Source: Elusimicrobiota bacterium
GTDB taxonomy: Bacteria > CG03 > SLGR01 > JAFGSA01
Assembly: GCA_016934855.1 (NCBI GenBank)
Contig: JAFGSA010000003.1
Location: 1,654-65,653 of the forward strand
Direction of reading: 5' to 3'
DNA: 64,000 bases
The position numbers and the translations under genes are program-made. Shown here one piece after another: positions 63,979 through 64,000 of the stretch; positions within the stretch are counted from its first letter, which is position 1, and the number at the start of each line of letters is the position of its first letter. The notes beneath the pieces are model-generated. The model searched no databases and was not told the origin of the DNA. It saw only the letters and a list, made by a program, of their open reading frames with translations.

Positions 63979-64000
63979 CCTGTGAGTGGCCCCCAGGACT

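Overview
This 64-kb window looks like chromosome from an uncultivated diderm (Gram-negative-type) bacterium of roughly 50-55% GC. I call about 58 protein-coding genes and see no rRNA, no convincing tRNA, no CRISPR array and no intact mobile element. Everything here is read by eye from the sequence and ORF track and recalled from family knowledge; no similarity search or HMM scan was run, so all family assignments need confirmation.

The right half (28.9-64 kb) is a single 35-kb block in which every gene lies on the minus strand.
- It starts with prfB, which carries its programmed +1 frameshift site and is translationally coupled to lnt.
- It continues through secA, a short uvrC, murJ and cstA, then a large secreted peptidase-MA/TolB-like/beta-barrel protein.
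- A conserved supraoperon follows: pheA-hisC-DAHP synthase-tyrA-aroA-cmk-plsC-ispH-rpsA.
- Then come scpAB, trpS, an M50 protease, a DHH-CBS-CCA-adding enzyme fusion, a GGDEF-HEAT protein, and two unusual thioredoxin-fold fusions (DUF1573-Trx-CcdA and TlpA-metallophosphoesterase).

The left half is mixed-strand and looks accessory.
- A five-gene translationally coupled operon: two ATP-grasp-like proteins, the corrinoid adenosyltransferase cobO, a secreted LolA/Trx/FG-GAP protein, and metF.
- A tandem-domain ThyX.
- A histidine kinase/response regulator pair.
- A VWA/TPR/lipoprotein cluster containing an unannotated 57-aa Cys-rich peptide.
- A response regulator with a degenerate GGDEF domain.
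- A radical SAM protein with a helix-hairpin-helix tail.
- A TlpA-like oxidoreductase and an OmpA-family lipoprotein.
- Two outer-membrane beta-barrel proteins.

The strongest candidates for undescribed biology are: (i) a stand-alone H-NOX heme gas-sensor gene sitting directly behind a dCMP deaminase gene, with a tandem ThyX 12 kb away; (ii) a 1.4-kb gene-free AT-rich island next to it, holding a 27-aa toxin-like hydrophobic ORF, clustered GAAAATC/GATTTTC inverted-repeat motifs and GC hairpins; (iii) the Cys-rich micro-peptide within the VWA/TPR cluster; and (iv) the adjacent periplasmic thiol-redox fusion proteins at 60.4-63.4 kb.
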